From Eledone cirrhosa (lineage: Eukaryota), in the NCBI GenBank assembly GCA_964016885.1, contig OZ024742.1:37944001-38008000 (forward strand): a stretch of DNA of 64,000 bases, given 5' to 3'. The notes below the pieces were generated by a model. It did not search any database. It saw only the letters and a list, made by a program, of their open reading frames with translations, and had not been told where the DNA came from. A program made the translations under genes and the position numbers. Shown here piece after piece: positions 25,187 through 38,815 of this stretch (its first letter is position 1; each line of letters starts with the position of its first letter).

Positions 25187-25345
25187 AATTATTTCTACTT
25201 TTGGCACAAGGCCAGCAATTATTCCAGTGCGTTACTGGTGCTTTATTTTATCAACACCATAAGGATCAAAGGCAAAGTTAATCTCGGCAGGATTTGAACT
25301 CAGAAGTTAAAGGGCCATAACTCTATGCTGAAAAGCAATATTGCC
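25187..25345 (-). mobile_element. tRNA-derived SINE family A
   Basis: Reverse complement of the family A body. Confidence 0.8.
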
Positions 25346-25496
25346 AATACAATTAGTAATTGTAATAACAATATGAAACAGTAACAAACATCAACTAGGA
25401 ACAGTTCCTCAGTGGGAGGGGACTGTGCATTAGGTTTATTCCAGGAAGAACCCCACATAAAACCCTCAATTACTTTATCTTATTGGCATTTAATAA

Positions 25497-25740
25497 TAGT
25501 ACCAGGATCTTGCTTTGGGGATAGCGAGATTGTGGAATGTTCCCACAAAAGTAACCCCCATTGATATCGGTGGGTTAGGGATTGGTACCAACAGAGTAGA
25601 AAGATTCCTGAAAGACATAGGAGTAACAACAAATGTAGCATTAATCCAAAAGTTTGTTTTGCAATGTACAGTAAAAATCATCCTTGAGCCCCAAGGCAAC
25701 TAGTTGTGATCTGAACTTAAGGACATAAATTCCAATTTAT
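25497..25740 (+). mobile_element. 3' fragment of an R4/Dong-like non-LTR element (RLE endonuclease tail)
   Basis: YQDLALGIARLWNVPTKVTPIDIGGLG...LIQKFVLQCTVKII matches the KYxDL..xxRLW..P.xxGxLG..LQK..LxT pattern of the R4/Dong clade. Confidence 0.75.
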
Positions 25741-26189
25741 TTGTGAAAATCGACAACAATCATCATCATCATAATAATGTTGTTGTTATTCCCACTGAAG
25801 TTAGCTTTTCCTTTCATCCTTACGGGGTCATTAAATAAAGCACCAGTAACGCACTGGGATTCGATTGAATCGATTTCCCTTCCCTCCAAAATTGTGGACC
25901 CTGTGCCTAAAGTAGAAACAATTATTAATATTATTATTAACTTTAGACCAGAAAACATACACAACATTTGAGGCAATTGGGGATTTCCGAGGGCCCATAT
26001 CCAAAAGAATATACACCAACACTATTGTGGAGGTGCCCTTAACTGGCTGGGGGTGCGGGTCATCACCCCCCCCCTCCACACGAACAGAGTAAGTAACTCT
26101 TTCTCACTTTTCCTACTCTTTATCTAACATAGCCTTACTCAGAATAGGCAGTATAAATGCACATGGCCTGGGGTCATCTTGGAAGCGGG

Positions 26190-27225
26190 GCCACCAGCTC
26201 AACAACCTCAGGTCACTGAAAATAGATGTGGTGGCCATCAGCAAGACCAGAATTTCTGAGGCATGAGCCTTCGCACCCATTTTTCAGCAGCTACAAGGTG
26301 TATGCATCTCCAAGCCATCTGGGATCTGGAGGCAGAGTTGCTGTGTTAATTCAGAAAGGCTAAGATCTTGTGACATGGACCATCTTCCTGGACCCAGAAG
26401 GTAAGTTGATGTATGCTTTCAGGCTAGTGGCTGTCTATGCTCCGAAAGGAGAAGAATGGCCTGATTTCTTCAGCCGCCTCAATATCTTTCTAGGAACAGC
26501 CCGCTCTTTAGTGGGCGACTGGAACAGTATCTTATACACAGGCTAGGACTGTGTGGGGCTAGCAGATAGGGGAGGAGGGATTAGAAGCTTCTCTAACCTG
26601 TTCAAACATATCCAATTGTCTGACAAGTACCAACTCAATTTCCCGATTGTGCCAATATGGACATAAACAAACAGCATTAGCTCATCCAGATTGTATCTAG
26701 ACAGAGTAGAGAAATAGATATGGCTAGCATGGATTGTCCACAATTCAAAGTGTTCGACTACACAGACAACAAATTTGTGATCTGTACGGTCAATTTAGAT
26801 AGGCTCCATAGGCAGGGAGCCAGGTACAGGAAGTTGAACACATCCTTTACAGTGTGCAAAGCCTACAGGGACCAGATTAGTGAATTAGGTAAGAGGGCAT
26901 TGACAGGGACAATAGTCAACAACAAATAGTACCATCTGCTCTGTGGTTAGAGTGAATAGTTACCATCCAACATCCCGCACTCGGTCCACCAAGGTTGTCC
27001 TCTCTCATTCCTTTTCTATGTATTGATTCTTGAGTCATTACTATACAAATTGGATGCATTGAGAGGCATCTTGCATGAACTAGGATGTGGGAAATCTATG
27101 TAAGCATATGCCGATGATGTGACCGTAGTGGTGTCAAACACTAAACACATTGAGATGATCAGCACTGCTCTCAAGGCATACAAAGCAGTAATAGGAGGAA
27201 AAATTAACCAGGAAATGTTAATGTG
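26190..27225 (+). mobile_element. Decayed L1/Tx1-type LINE (APE endonuclease + RT pieces)
   Basis: Remnants LKIDVVAISKTR, FLDPEGK, RLVAVYAP, LVGDWN, YLDRV, QGCPLS, AYADDVT, with stops and frameshifts. Confidence 0.8.
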
Positions 27226-27277
27226 AGCCCTGCATGGCTAATAAAAAAAATCATTTTTATTATTATTAATATTATTA

Positions 27278-27470
27278 GGGCGGTGGATTGGCAATATCGG
27301 TAGGGGGTCGGACGCCATGCTTTCCAGCATAGTTACGTCCCTTTACGGTCTGAGTTCAAATCCCGTCAAGGTTAACTTTACCTTTCATCCTTACGGGGTC
27401 GATAAAATAAAGTACTAGTAATGTACTGGGATAATTGCTGGCCTTGTGCCAAAAGTAGAAACAATTATTA
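27278..27470 (+). mobile_element. tRNA-derived SINE family A, full length
   Basis: A/B boxes and (ATT)n tail. Confidence 0.87.
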
Positions 27471-28647
27471 TTACTACTATTATTATTGTGTTTTTGTGTG
27501 TGTGCGCACACATGTCTGTTCATCCATGTCTGTGTTCATGTTTATAGTGGTATATATATTTTTTTTAAAAGTGTCATTGTTATGTCCTATAACTTAACAG
27601 TTCAGGAAACAGAAATGGCTACACTAAGTACCAGGCTGAAATAAGTAGTGAGGCACTTTGATCTACAGAAATAATTAAACCAAAGCAAATTATACAGAAG
27701 AAATTTGCCGGTGTACTGATCAGATGCTTACAACTTCAGATCTTACTATTTTAAGTATCAACCCACCCATAGCTGCCTCTATTAACTCCTCTTAATGATT
27801 TAGCTCCTGTAATGATTAACTCCTGTAATTATTAACTCCTGTAATGATTTAGCAGAAAATATCTAAATATGGTTTTGTTAATTCAAATGTTTATAGTATC
27901 TTTACTAGTGGACAAATCATTGTAAAAATGTGCCTTATCAGAGTAATGTTAATGTGATGCAGTCAGTGTTTTATACTTTTCAAGAATGTCTTGATAATGT
28001 GGTTACAGTTAAAGTGTTCAATTTTTAACTTTGGACTGAAATCTTATTACATACCACATATTACATTTCAAAAGTTAAATATTTGTCTTTTGTTCTTAAA
28101 TTGAAAATTAAGTTAGTTCACTTAACCTCTTATAATTGTTGACTATTTTGATAATTAAAACAGAAAAGCAATATATTCTTGTGATGATGATGATAGAAGA
28201 GATTATATGTCAAAATGTTTTCAAGGATGAAACTGGAGACTAAATCATAGGGAAGTAATATTAACTCTTAATGCCCCGTATCACATGAGACATTCTTTAA
28301 ATAAAAGTACAAAACAACACTATGGCTGCATCATATGAAAAGTTAAAGCTTTTCTTCTACAACTTCAAATTTTCACAGCATTCTGTCCACTAGTAAAGAT
28401 ACGATAAACATCTGAATTAACAAGCCTGTTTTTTTTTTAGATATTTTCTCATAAATCTTTACAGGATGTTAGGAATTAAAAAATACTGTTTAGGATTTTT
28501 TTAAATCTAGAAAACTAGTTTTATATAGATGATGATGATGGATCCTCCATTGGTTTTGACAATGAATATTCAGTTGTCCCATCAACTGAATCATCAACTT
28601 ATGAATTAACATGTAAGTGATTAAGTATTCCACAGACACATGAAGCT

Positions 28648-28849
28648 TTAACCCTTTAGCATTTGCTTTACTTTATGTTTACTATTGTTTTTTCACACAT
28701 AATTATCTGACATAATATCGAATCTATGAGATTTTGATATTATTTATTTTGAGAACAATACCTTAATATCAGTATGAACAGCCGGTTTGAACAGAAAGAG
28801 GTGAGAGAATTCTAGCTGGATACAGCCGGTTTAAATGCTAAAGGGTTAA
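28648..28849. mobile_element. TTAA-flanked MITE with perfect TIR (inverted copy at 60619-60830, nested in another MITE)
   Basis: TTAACCCTTTAGCATTT ... AAATGCTAAAGGGTTAA. Confidence 0.82.
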
Positions 28850-29177
28850 TGTGGTTCATGAGCCAAATCACTGTGACACAATATGTGATGAGACTGGGCC
28901 TTTCAATTATAGGTACAATCTATCTGACAGACATCAATATTTTCCATCTCCTCAATTTCACTGACAAGGCTTTGGATCAACTCAAGGTTACTGTAAAAAT
29001 ACTTATCCAAGATTCTACACAGTGGGATTGAACTTGCAACATCATGATTAAAAAGCAAGTTTCTTAACCACTCATCCATGCCTGCATTGTAAGGTCTGTG
29101 GAAAAAGTATCTGAAAGATTATTAGTACTTGTTTGACAAAGCATTTAGTAAATAGTAATAATACTTTATATACTTAC

Positions 29178-29369
29178 ATTTTGTAGCATTTGTTCTGTAG
29201 TGAACAGTCGTGATCTTTTGTCATCCAGGCAGTACTCAAGTTCTCGGATTTTATCACCTTTAGCTTCCAACTGGTCTTTAAGAACACCAATTTGTAGCAA
29301 CAAGTTTTGTTTATCTGATTCAAGGCGATTAATCTTCTCCTCGAATGTCTCCCCAATATTGGCACCACC
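29178..29369 (-). CDS. PPFIBP1: Internal exon of liprin-beta (PPFIBP1/2-like), N-terminal coiled coil
   Basis: tttatttcAG acceptor and GTAAGT donor; 192 bp, phase 0/0. Encodes GGANIGETFEEKINRLESDKQNLLLQIGVLKDQLEAKGDKIRELEYCLDDKRSRLFTTEQMLQN, matching the recalled liprin-beta segment YQERLARLENDKESLVLQVSVLTDQVEAQGEKIRDLEFCLEE...TEEMLQQ. Missed by the ORF track. Confidence 0.92.
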
Positions 29370-32261
29370 CTGAAATAAACAGAAATAAACATTTTTATAA
29401 TAAACAAAATGTCACTTGAATTCAATGAGCCTGCTTTGGGAGAAGTATGGTATTCATTTAAAAAAAAGTAGTTTATCTCTTTCATTAACATATTTAACCC
29501 ATGATGATGATGAAACCTGTTATAAAGCCAGCAAAGTTAACCCCTGCTTTAACTTTAAAATGGTTGTATTTACAGAATTCAATCAAGCTGGATCATTATC
29601 ATTTAACGTCTTTTTCCCCTACTAGGAAGGGTTGCTTTAATGGCTTTAAGAATTTGTTGCTGTTTAAGAAACAGCTCACTTAGCTTTGTAATTGATCCAG
29701 TCTTAAGGAGTATTGAAAACAATTTAAACTTTCATGTCAACTTAGAAAATCAAAAATATCACTATTTAATTATAATCATTGATATATGATATTGGTGTTT
29801 TTAATCCTTAATTGCATGAAATTATCAACTGATTCTAAAATTCTTTTCTTGACTTTAGAAATATATTTCTAAAGTAATTCAATTTTATTAAATTTGTTAT
29901 ATATACATTATTAGTTCTTAACATCCTATAATGATTTAGCAGAAAATAACTTTAAAAATAGGTTTGTTAATTCAAATGTTTATATTTACTAGTTGACAAG
30001 TCATTGTGAAAACTTGCAGTGTCAGAGTAAATACTTTTTAGTGTGGTACAGTCATAGTGCTGTTTTATACTTTTGAAGAATGCCTGACTAATGCAGTTTC
30101 ATGTAGTACAGGATGTTAAGAGTTAAAACTAAACATTTAATGTTTTAATGTCAGTGAAGAAAATTAAAAATATGTAACACAAAATTAACTAAACCTCAAA
30201 TGTTGTTGTATTGAACTATATATTCCCCAGATGATTTCCAAGAGTCATTTATTATTTTATTTGCTTAACTCATTAGACAGTGGACATGCTAAGATACCAC
30301 TTTTCAAGGAATTTTAGTTGATCATGTCAACCCTAGTACAGTGTGTTTGCTTTTTATGAGGAGATGTGTTCATGAACGTGGCGCATATAGCAAATTTGTG
30401 TAATTCGAGTCTAACTTTCTGATAAATAAAAAAATTAAAAATCACACGCATTATAGCATGTTATTCACACAAAGTGAATATTAAATAATATGTTTTCAAG
30501 ACGTGTTAAAGCGAACAGACTGCATTGTTTTTAAAGTCTGGTGATTATTCTATTGATTACTGTTTGTCAAACAACTAAGATATAGGATATAAACAAACAG
30601 TAAACACACAGACACGATGGGCTTCTGCAATTTCCATATGGCATTAGTCAGCCCATGGCTATAGTAGAAGACACTCAAGGTGCCATGCATTGTAGTTGTG
30701 AAGTAACCTCCTCTTAACCACATAACCATGCATGTGATGTTATCTAAAATTCCACATAATTATATCTATTTAAAAATGTATCAGAAGTTGTGTTTAGTGA
30801 TCTAGTCATGTCCTTTATTTTAAAATAAATTTATTATAATTCAGGTATACCAATTTTCCAGCAACAGATATTCTGAAGCCTCCTTTAGTTCAGTTAAAAT
30901 TTTAAGTGAGAATTTTAAAATCTTACAGTCCCCAGACTAGTTTAGTGGATGATCTACATTTGGCATTGAGTGTAGTCACACTCACTTTGATTATTCACAC
31001 CGTACCTTGGTTTTGTGAGATTCTTAGCTTATTTTGTTTAAATTTAACCCTAGCTATGAATTCTAAGAGAGATGCAAGTGTCAGTGATGGTGTCAAATGT
31101 TAACAACAAAGTATATTCATTTAAGAGAAGTTTGAAATGTTGAAAAAAGTATACTGGTGATTCAATGCATAAGCTTTATGAAACCTATGGTATTGATTCA
31201 TTAACTGTTTATGGTATAGAGAAGTAATGTTACATTATTAAATCCCACCAAATTATTATTTTCAAAATTATTTGAAAATCAGCAGCAACATCTTTCATTA
31301 GAAATATGGTAACAAAAAGGTTAAACAGATTTGACTTGACTGCAAAATCCTACTTTCATACAACTATTCTCTATATATAACAATGTATATAAGGTGTACC
31401 ATGTACTCTTTGACCTGACTGATGGAATATATAGGGTAGGAGACTTATGGTTTTCTCTTTTCTTTTGATTCACTACTTCTATACTCTAGGTTTGCTCTAG
31501 TAAATCAGACTCAGGATAAACAAGAACCATTCCATCACAGTAACTTCATCAAGCTTATTGACAATAAGCTTGATGAAATTATCCTGTTCTATTTTTGTTT
31601 TTTCAACTAACAAAATATCTTTGGTGAACTGAGCATGCAATGATGTATTAAATGTTGCCAATTTACCAAGCATCATGCTTTTATCCTTTTCTTTACTTTC
31701 AAAATAGTTGTAGGCTTTAAAAAAATAAGCTATTCTGTAAGTCAGGAAAATATATGAAGCAGACTTAAAGAATAAATCCAACAGAAGAAGACACTGAGAG
31801 AAAAAATATTAAAAAACTCTATGTAAAGTTTGCTTAAGTTTACCATCTTTCCTCTTAATCTATTTACATCCATATTAACTCATGAAGTATATGCACCATA
31901 TTAATTCATGGAGTATATTTTTTAAGGCTTTCACAATAGTTACTCATCCAATAAATATGCTATTTAGCACACAGTCACTACCTTATTAAATTTGAATACT
32001 AAATCCTTATAATAAGGCCCATTACCACTACATGCAGACACATACATGCATTTTTCTATTATATTCCTGAAATCTTTGAAAGCAAATGTCTAGAAATATT
32101 GAAAGTTCAAATGTGTGATTGGTTCTAACAGCCAGCCATCTGGTTACCATAACAAAATAATTTTAGACTTATATGGAAAATAGAAGGCACCATTTAATAT
32201 ATCCATAAAAAATATAGTTACATATTTTACATACACAGCCACGCATCTTTTTATCTCTCTC

Positions 32262-32600
32262 ATACGTTGGTCTTAGAAAGGGCCTCCATCCATAGAAACC
32301 ATACCAAAAAGTGTTGCAAGAACATGACAACCTTTCTTGTATTGGCACCATGGTAAATGCACCAAATACATTCTGTACTGTGGTTGGCATAAGCCAGAGC
32401 ATCCAGCTGTAGAAACCATGCAAAAAAGGATTGAGACAACTCTTTGGTCATGTGAAAGACAATACCTCTCTAATGTTGGTGCCATGAAAAAAGACACCCA
32501 GTACACCCTGTTAAGTGGTTAGTGTAAGGAAGGGCATCCAGCTGTAGAAACTATACTAAAATTTGAATGTGAGATTTGGCTCCAACCCATGTAGGAGAAA
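32262..32600 (+). mobile_element. Degenerate tandem array of RTE-tail motifs
   Basis: Three diverged copies of ttgg..taag.aagggcatccagctgtagaaa. Confidence 0.6.
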
Positions 32601-34517
32601 ATTTATTCCAATTAAATTACCAACTTGATCTGCAATGGCCCATCCAACCCATCTTTTACTCTTTTACGTATTCCAGCCAACTGGCTGAGGCCATGCTGGG
32701 GCACCGCCATTATTTGTTTAAATTTATTAACTATTTGAATTCTTGCTTAGATTCTTTGTTTGATGTTAATATATATTTCAATATAAGTCTTTTGATGCTA
32801 AATTGCCTAAAACCATACCTGGTTCGATGATGTTTGTTTTAAAGTGTTTAAAAATCTAAAAACCTGTCCCAATTTTATGTAAGGAACTTTAAATCGTGTT
32901 TCAATCACCAGATAAACAATGAGAAAATTAGTTATGTTACTAAATTCCTCCCAATTCTTAATTATATTTTAAATTATTTGAAGACCATAGGCAGTGTCTT
33001 TCAGTAGTAATATGGTAAGAAAAGGGTTAAATATTTAAGAAATATAAGCCATTGTACTAGAATCAACATTTCATATAACACAAGACTTGAGCAATGTTAT
33101 CATTTATGCCATCATGATTTCTTTCTGTTTTATTGCCTAGAAACTATTTATAGAATAATATTATCAGAAACATTAGCTCCTAGTATATCTGAAAAACAAA
33201 AGAACAAAGAGAGATTCTCAACAGGTCACCAGTCTACTTGCTATATTTATATCAAGTCAGTCTTATTGACAATAAACACATGCAACAGACTGAAATGTTG
33301 AATTAATTTACAACACAGTATTCTCTGAACACTCATATGAATAGGTTGATAGTAAAACATTTAAATATATGAAGTAGATGTGACCCAAGTTGCTTCGTTA
33401 ACCCTCTTGACATCAAACTACCTGAAACCACTGTCTCAAACTGTTTTAATGTTTTAAAATGTTTATCATCATGATTTTTATGGCCACTTTTCCATGCTGG
33501 CATGGGTTTTACAGCTGGATGCTTTTCATGATGCCAACCCTTTTAGCCACTTCTTACGACTCACAAGGATACAGTGTATCTATTCTAAAAACTGGGATAC
33601 ACATGAAAAACCTTTCATCAAAATTTGATGCAATAATCTGTTAAGCTTCATAATGAAAAACTTATTTTATTTATGAAGGCATGTGGATTACTGGTGAGGA
33701 TATTGAGCTAAAAATAGTGAGGTCCATGATTTTGATTTTCTGACATGATGTCATGTTGTGTCCTTGAGCAAGGCACTTTAATTCACAATACTTTAGTCCA
33801 CTCAACTGGAAAAAATTAGTTGCAATGACACTAATTAATACTAAGCTGTATCAGTTTTTGCCTTTCCTTTGAACAACAGTGGCACGGAGGGGAGATTAAG
33901 ATGCATGAGTGACTGCTGTTTTTAAAAAAAAAAAGCCCTTGCCTAGACTTGTGCAGACAAAACCCATGATCAGCCATGACCAAAGAGAAGCCTTTTTAAA
34001 AAAAGGTATTTTTCTAAATTCCTGCAAATCCTTAATCATTCTCGAGAAATACGTATGCTAATGAAAGAGTTAAACTATTATATGAAAATAAAGACAATCA
34101 TCTCAGCTGAGTATTAAGTAAATAACTAATACAAAAGTAAAGAGAAGCTATGATCTTTTAGATGCTGAATTCAAATCTCACTAGAAATATGATATTTAGT
34201 AAATCGAAGTTGTGTGCACATATGTGTTCTCTGTTAAAAATTGTTACAGTCATTGTGTTTCTGTGGTTTAGCTCCAGGTATATCCAGACTAAACAGATCT
34301 ATGATAAAAAGCATTCCAGCAGTGACTATCCCATAATTTATTTGCAGACATGTACAGGACTACATTAGCTTATAAATCCTTCCTTCTTTAAGAGATGTCA
34401 GATTTGCCATGGTACTCTGCAGTCGCAGAGAAAATGGCCTTGAATTGCTTTTTGTTGTATCACAGCATGTCAATGTAAATTTCAAATATTGTGTTGTTCA
34501 ATTGCAAGAGCATTATA

Positions 34518-37500
34518 TTATAATAATAATAATGAAAATATTGTGTACAGTGCTCAGGTGCACTACAACTCATCAAAAGTGTATGTATAGTACATAGGGT
34601 AATGTACAAACGTCAGGAAAATGAACAGTACATGATATACACATGTGTGCATGTGTATGGAAGGGGGGCATCGGGTGTAGTTTTGGCGAATTTCGGAAAG
34701 CATGAGGGTTTTAAAGGATGCAGTGTTTCGACAGCTAATAACTGATGCAGGTAGTTTGTTCCATGTTTCAGCAACTCTAAGCGTGAAAAAATGTTTCCAA
34801 AAGTCATGGCAGCTGTGCTGTTTTCTGACTTTGTAGGCATGCCCACGTATGTTAGCCACATGGAATTCAAAAAGGTGCTCAGGGTTGTTGTTGTTGGCGA
34901 GATGGTTAATAACTTTGTGGGTGTTTACCAAGTCCATTGCCAGACGTCGGAGCTTCAATGAATCCATGCCCAGGGAAGCAAGGCGTTCAGAGTATGGTAG
35001 GTGTCTAATGGAGAGTATTCGCTTGGTTGCACGTCTCTGAACAGTTTCCAGGAGGTCAATGTTCTGAGCAAGATAGGGGTTCCAGACTGATGATGCGAAT
35101 TCCAAGTGTGGTTGTACCATAGCTGTATACAGATGGCTGGGGAGCGGATAACAAAGGTCTTGCTGAGTGATGCCAAGACACCCTCGGCCTTCTTGACAAT
35201 CTTAGAGACATGCTTTGTCCAACGCAAATCGCTGCTGACAGTAATGCCCAGGTCACGTTCACAAGAGGACTTCTTGATATCAGTGTTGTGGAGGGAGTAT
35301 GTAGACGCTGGATTTTCCCTCAAAATGCATGGTGGTACACTTGTCCACAGCCAGCTTCAGTTGCCAGTCTGTGATCCATTGCTGCATTGTGTCCAGGTGT
35401 GATTGTAGGAAAGAGTTATAGATTTCAGGATCTGTCCTTTTGATTTCAAGGTACAGCTTGATGTCATCTGCATATTTCAGTACTGTGGCATTCTTTAAGT
35501 TGGCATCTATGTCATTAATGTATGCAACAAACAAAAGGGGACCAAGAACAGATCCCTGTGGTACACCAGATGACATCTCATATGGTGAAGAATGCTGTCC
35601 TACAACCGTGACTACCTCTTTTCAGCTGAGAATGAAGGATTTCAACCAGTTAAAAAGATCATCCTTCACACCTATTGCAGAGAGTTTCGCCATAAGTCTT
35701 TGGTGTGACACAGAATTAAAAGCCTTAGCGAAGTCAAGGTAAACAACCGCTATCAGTGATCCAGGTAATGTCTTCAAGGAACTCGATAAGCTGATCACAG
35801 CAGCTGGAGTTAGGGATAAATCCAAATTGCGAGGGCCGGATGAGGCTATGAGAGCTCCAGAAGTTCCAAAGTGTTTCTCTGACACAGGAATCCATCAGTT
35901 TGGCAATACAGCTAGTAAGACTGACTGGACGATAGTTGACAGGTGACGGGCGGTCGCCCTTTTTGAACAGGGGAATGACACTGGCAGTTTTCCACTGCTG
36001 CGGAGTAGCACCATTGTTGAGACAGTATTGAAAGAAAGCTGGTGCAAAAGGAAGTACCCGCCACGTTTGAGAAGCAGGTATGTAACACCATCAAGACCAG
36101 GGGAGGCATAGTTGTGCTTATTCTTAAGGTCACGTCACAGCATTGCAGGTGTAAATTCCATAGTTCTTATGGAATTTGATGTTAGAGATGGTGGAGATGG
36201 TACATTCTGGTTTTCAACAGTAAAAATGCTTGCATAGCACTCAGCAATGAGTTCTACGCATTCTTTGGGATCGTCAGTGATCTGGCTTGTGTGGGGATTG
36301 CGAAGAGGACCAACTGGAGAGTGAGGTCTCTGCTTTCATCATCATCATCACTTTTCCCTGCTTGCAAGGGTGGGACGGGAACTGATTCTGGCTTGATTTC
36401 TACAGCTGGATGCCCTTTCTAACACCAACCTCATTTACAGTGAGTGCTGGGTGCTTTTTTGCCATGGCGCCTGCACGACCACTTTGCAGTGGAATGATAG
36501 GGACCCCATCCCTATCATATCATTTCTACAGCTGAGTAAACTGGAGCAATGTGAAATAAAGTGTCTTGCTCAAGGAAACAACACATCACCCGGTCTGAGA
36601 ATTGAACTCACAACCTTTCGATTGCAAGGCCAATGCTCTAACCACTAAGCCATGTACATATTTCCACTTACTGTCAGGATTGGTTGCTATGCACTGTTCA
36701 AATTCAAGCACAGCGTTTTTTGTCACTTGCTTGAGATGGTTGGAAGATTTATTCCGATTTTTTCTGTTGGCATCTGATTTATGCAGTTTATATTCCTGTT
36801 CAGCATTCCGACGTTTCTTTCCTGGCAAGTCAAACCGCTGAAGTTTCCCAAATTGCACTTTTGGGGTGAGTTTTGTTCTGCTTACGTGGCACTGATGCTG
36901 CACACGCTATCCATATTGAATCCAGAATGCTCTGGAGTATAGTGTTCACATCTCCAGAGTTATAGAACTCATGCCAGTTTGAGCGCTGTAGCTCAGTGCA
37001 GTACAAGTTCCAATCTGCTTTCTTCCAATCAAAGCAAGCAGATTGGAGATGGTTCTGGTTTTTGTTGCTGTCCGCAAGAGCCAGATTGGCAATGATCATA
37101 GCATGATCAGAGTCGCCTAGAGGTTCCTCAGTAGTACAACTGATAACCACTTCAGGAGTAGTGGTGAAGAGCAGGTCCAAAGTGTTGTCACCTCTTGTTG
37201 GAGAGGTGACTACTTGTGACCAGTTTGAGTTCAGCACTAGTTCAAGGAAATTGTTTGCACTTTGTGGCCAATGAAAGGTTTCCCAATCGATCTCAGGATG
37301 ATAAACAACACCAAGCAGAAGTGTTGACATGGTCATACGTATGTCACAGAAAAAAACTTCTTGTGATTCGTTCAAAACAGCGCAAGGAATTACCAAAAAA
37401 TTTGAACGAACGTAGACTAACACACCACCACCACGGCGATTAATGCAGTCCTTGCGGAACAGGTTGTACCCAGTAATGCTGAAAACCCCATCACAGAGTA

Positions 37501-37850
37501 AGGAATGTGCCCATGTTTCCGTGACTGTGATGAAGTCAGGGTTGATGCTTCTGACGTAGGAGTTAAACAGATGTATCTTGTTGCATAAATTGCAAGCATT
37601 TAAGAACAACAATTTGTACCCTGCTTGCAGTTTATGATGGTGTGTAGAGGAGGGGCAGGTTGTTCTGGTTTAGTTTCCCATAGTTGTTGCAGTTTTTTCA
37701 TTACCAGTTATTGTGGGTAGAGCGCACTCAGACCAGCTGGTCTTCCACATTTCACCAGCCTTAACAAACCTCCAGATTTGCCTATCATCACGCAGACTAA
37801 AAATCTCATGTTGTGCTGAGTTCCGATTCAAGGAAGCTGCAGCACGATTA
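34518..37850 (-). mobile_element. CR1-clade LINE, decayed ORF2 (APE + RT), interrupted by a SINE
   Basis: FLNACNL..ITVTETW..GGGVLVY..TRGDNTLDL..SDH (APE); YLDFAKAFNSV, SGVPQGSVLGPLLF, KYADD (RT); PHLEFASSVWNP, RGH..FFTLRV..WNKLP; (ATT)n tail. Confidence 0.93.
36337..36657 (-). mobile_element. tRNA-head / CORE-like / RTE-tail SINE (family B) nested in the CR1
   Basis: A box TGGCTTAGTGG, B box GAGTTCAATTC, ccttgagcaagacact...cagctgtagaaatga core, tail agggcatccagctgtagaaa...(GAT)n. Confidence 0.87.
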
Positions 37851-37875
37851 TACTATTATTAATTAGGCATACAAT

Positions 37876-38060
37876 GGGCGGTGGATTGGCAGTATCGGTA
37901 GAGGGTCGGACGCCATGCTTTCCAGCATAGTTACGTCCCTTTACGATCTGAGTTCAAATCCCGCCGAGGTTGACTTTGCCTTTCATCCTTACGGGGTCGA
38001 TAAAATAAAGTACCAGTAATGCACTGGGTAATTGCTGGCCTTGTGCCTAAAGTAGAAACA
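37876..38060 (+). mobile_element. tRNA-derived SINE family A with 17-bp TSD
   Basis: TSD attaattaggcatacaa at 37858-37874 and 38061-38077. Confidence 0.9.
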
Positions 38061-38815
38061 ATTAATTAGGCATACAAGTTGTTTATGTTAACCCATTGGT
38101 TACTACATTTATAATGAAAGACTGCCTATGTTTCAATTTATGTTGAAAATAATCAATAATTTAAAGAGATATATTAATATAACTAACCTTTTTGTAATTA
38201 AGCTAATGTTCAGAGCATTACTCAAAAATTTTTTTACATACAATTATGATGAAAAGTTTTTATATAAGTGTGAACACTTTAAAAGGAGCAGTTTTGTATC
38301 ATAAAACCAGGGGCGGTTTCAGGTGGGTTGGTATTGAAACGGTTAAGTTGAAAAATAACTAGTTGTATAGTTTGAATTTTGGTACTAATAGGCTAGTTTA
38401 TTAACCCTTTCATTACTATATTTCTAATGAAAGACATACTCTCAGATTTGCAAATAATTTTGAAAATAATCAAGTATTTAGAAGGACTTAGTAAATATAA
38501 CTAACTTTATCAGAGTTAAGTTGGTGTTTGGAACATAACAAATGTTCTTAGATAAATATAAATACTGTAAAACAAAATGTTTTGTGTAATAGAACCAGGT
38601 TCTGTGGGGTTTGGTATCAAAAGCATTAATGACTGAACTTGTATTTATTGTTATATTATAAAAATAAAACAGAAATATTAAATTGGATTGAAAACAACAA
38701 AATCTAGTTTTTTTTTTTCTTTCATTTTAAGATGATCTCAACCAATAGTGAGCAGAAATAACATTGGTAAGTTTGTTGGTATAAACTTCTTTATAATAAA
38801 AATATATATATATAT

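Noticed and set aside
31497-31781. 94-aa minus-strand ORF near the liprin exon
   Set aside because: No recognisable homology or convincing splice signals; partly built from a palindrome.
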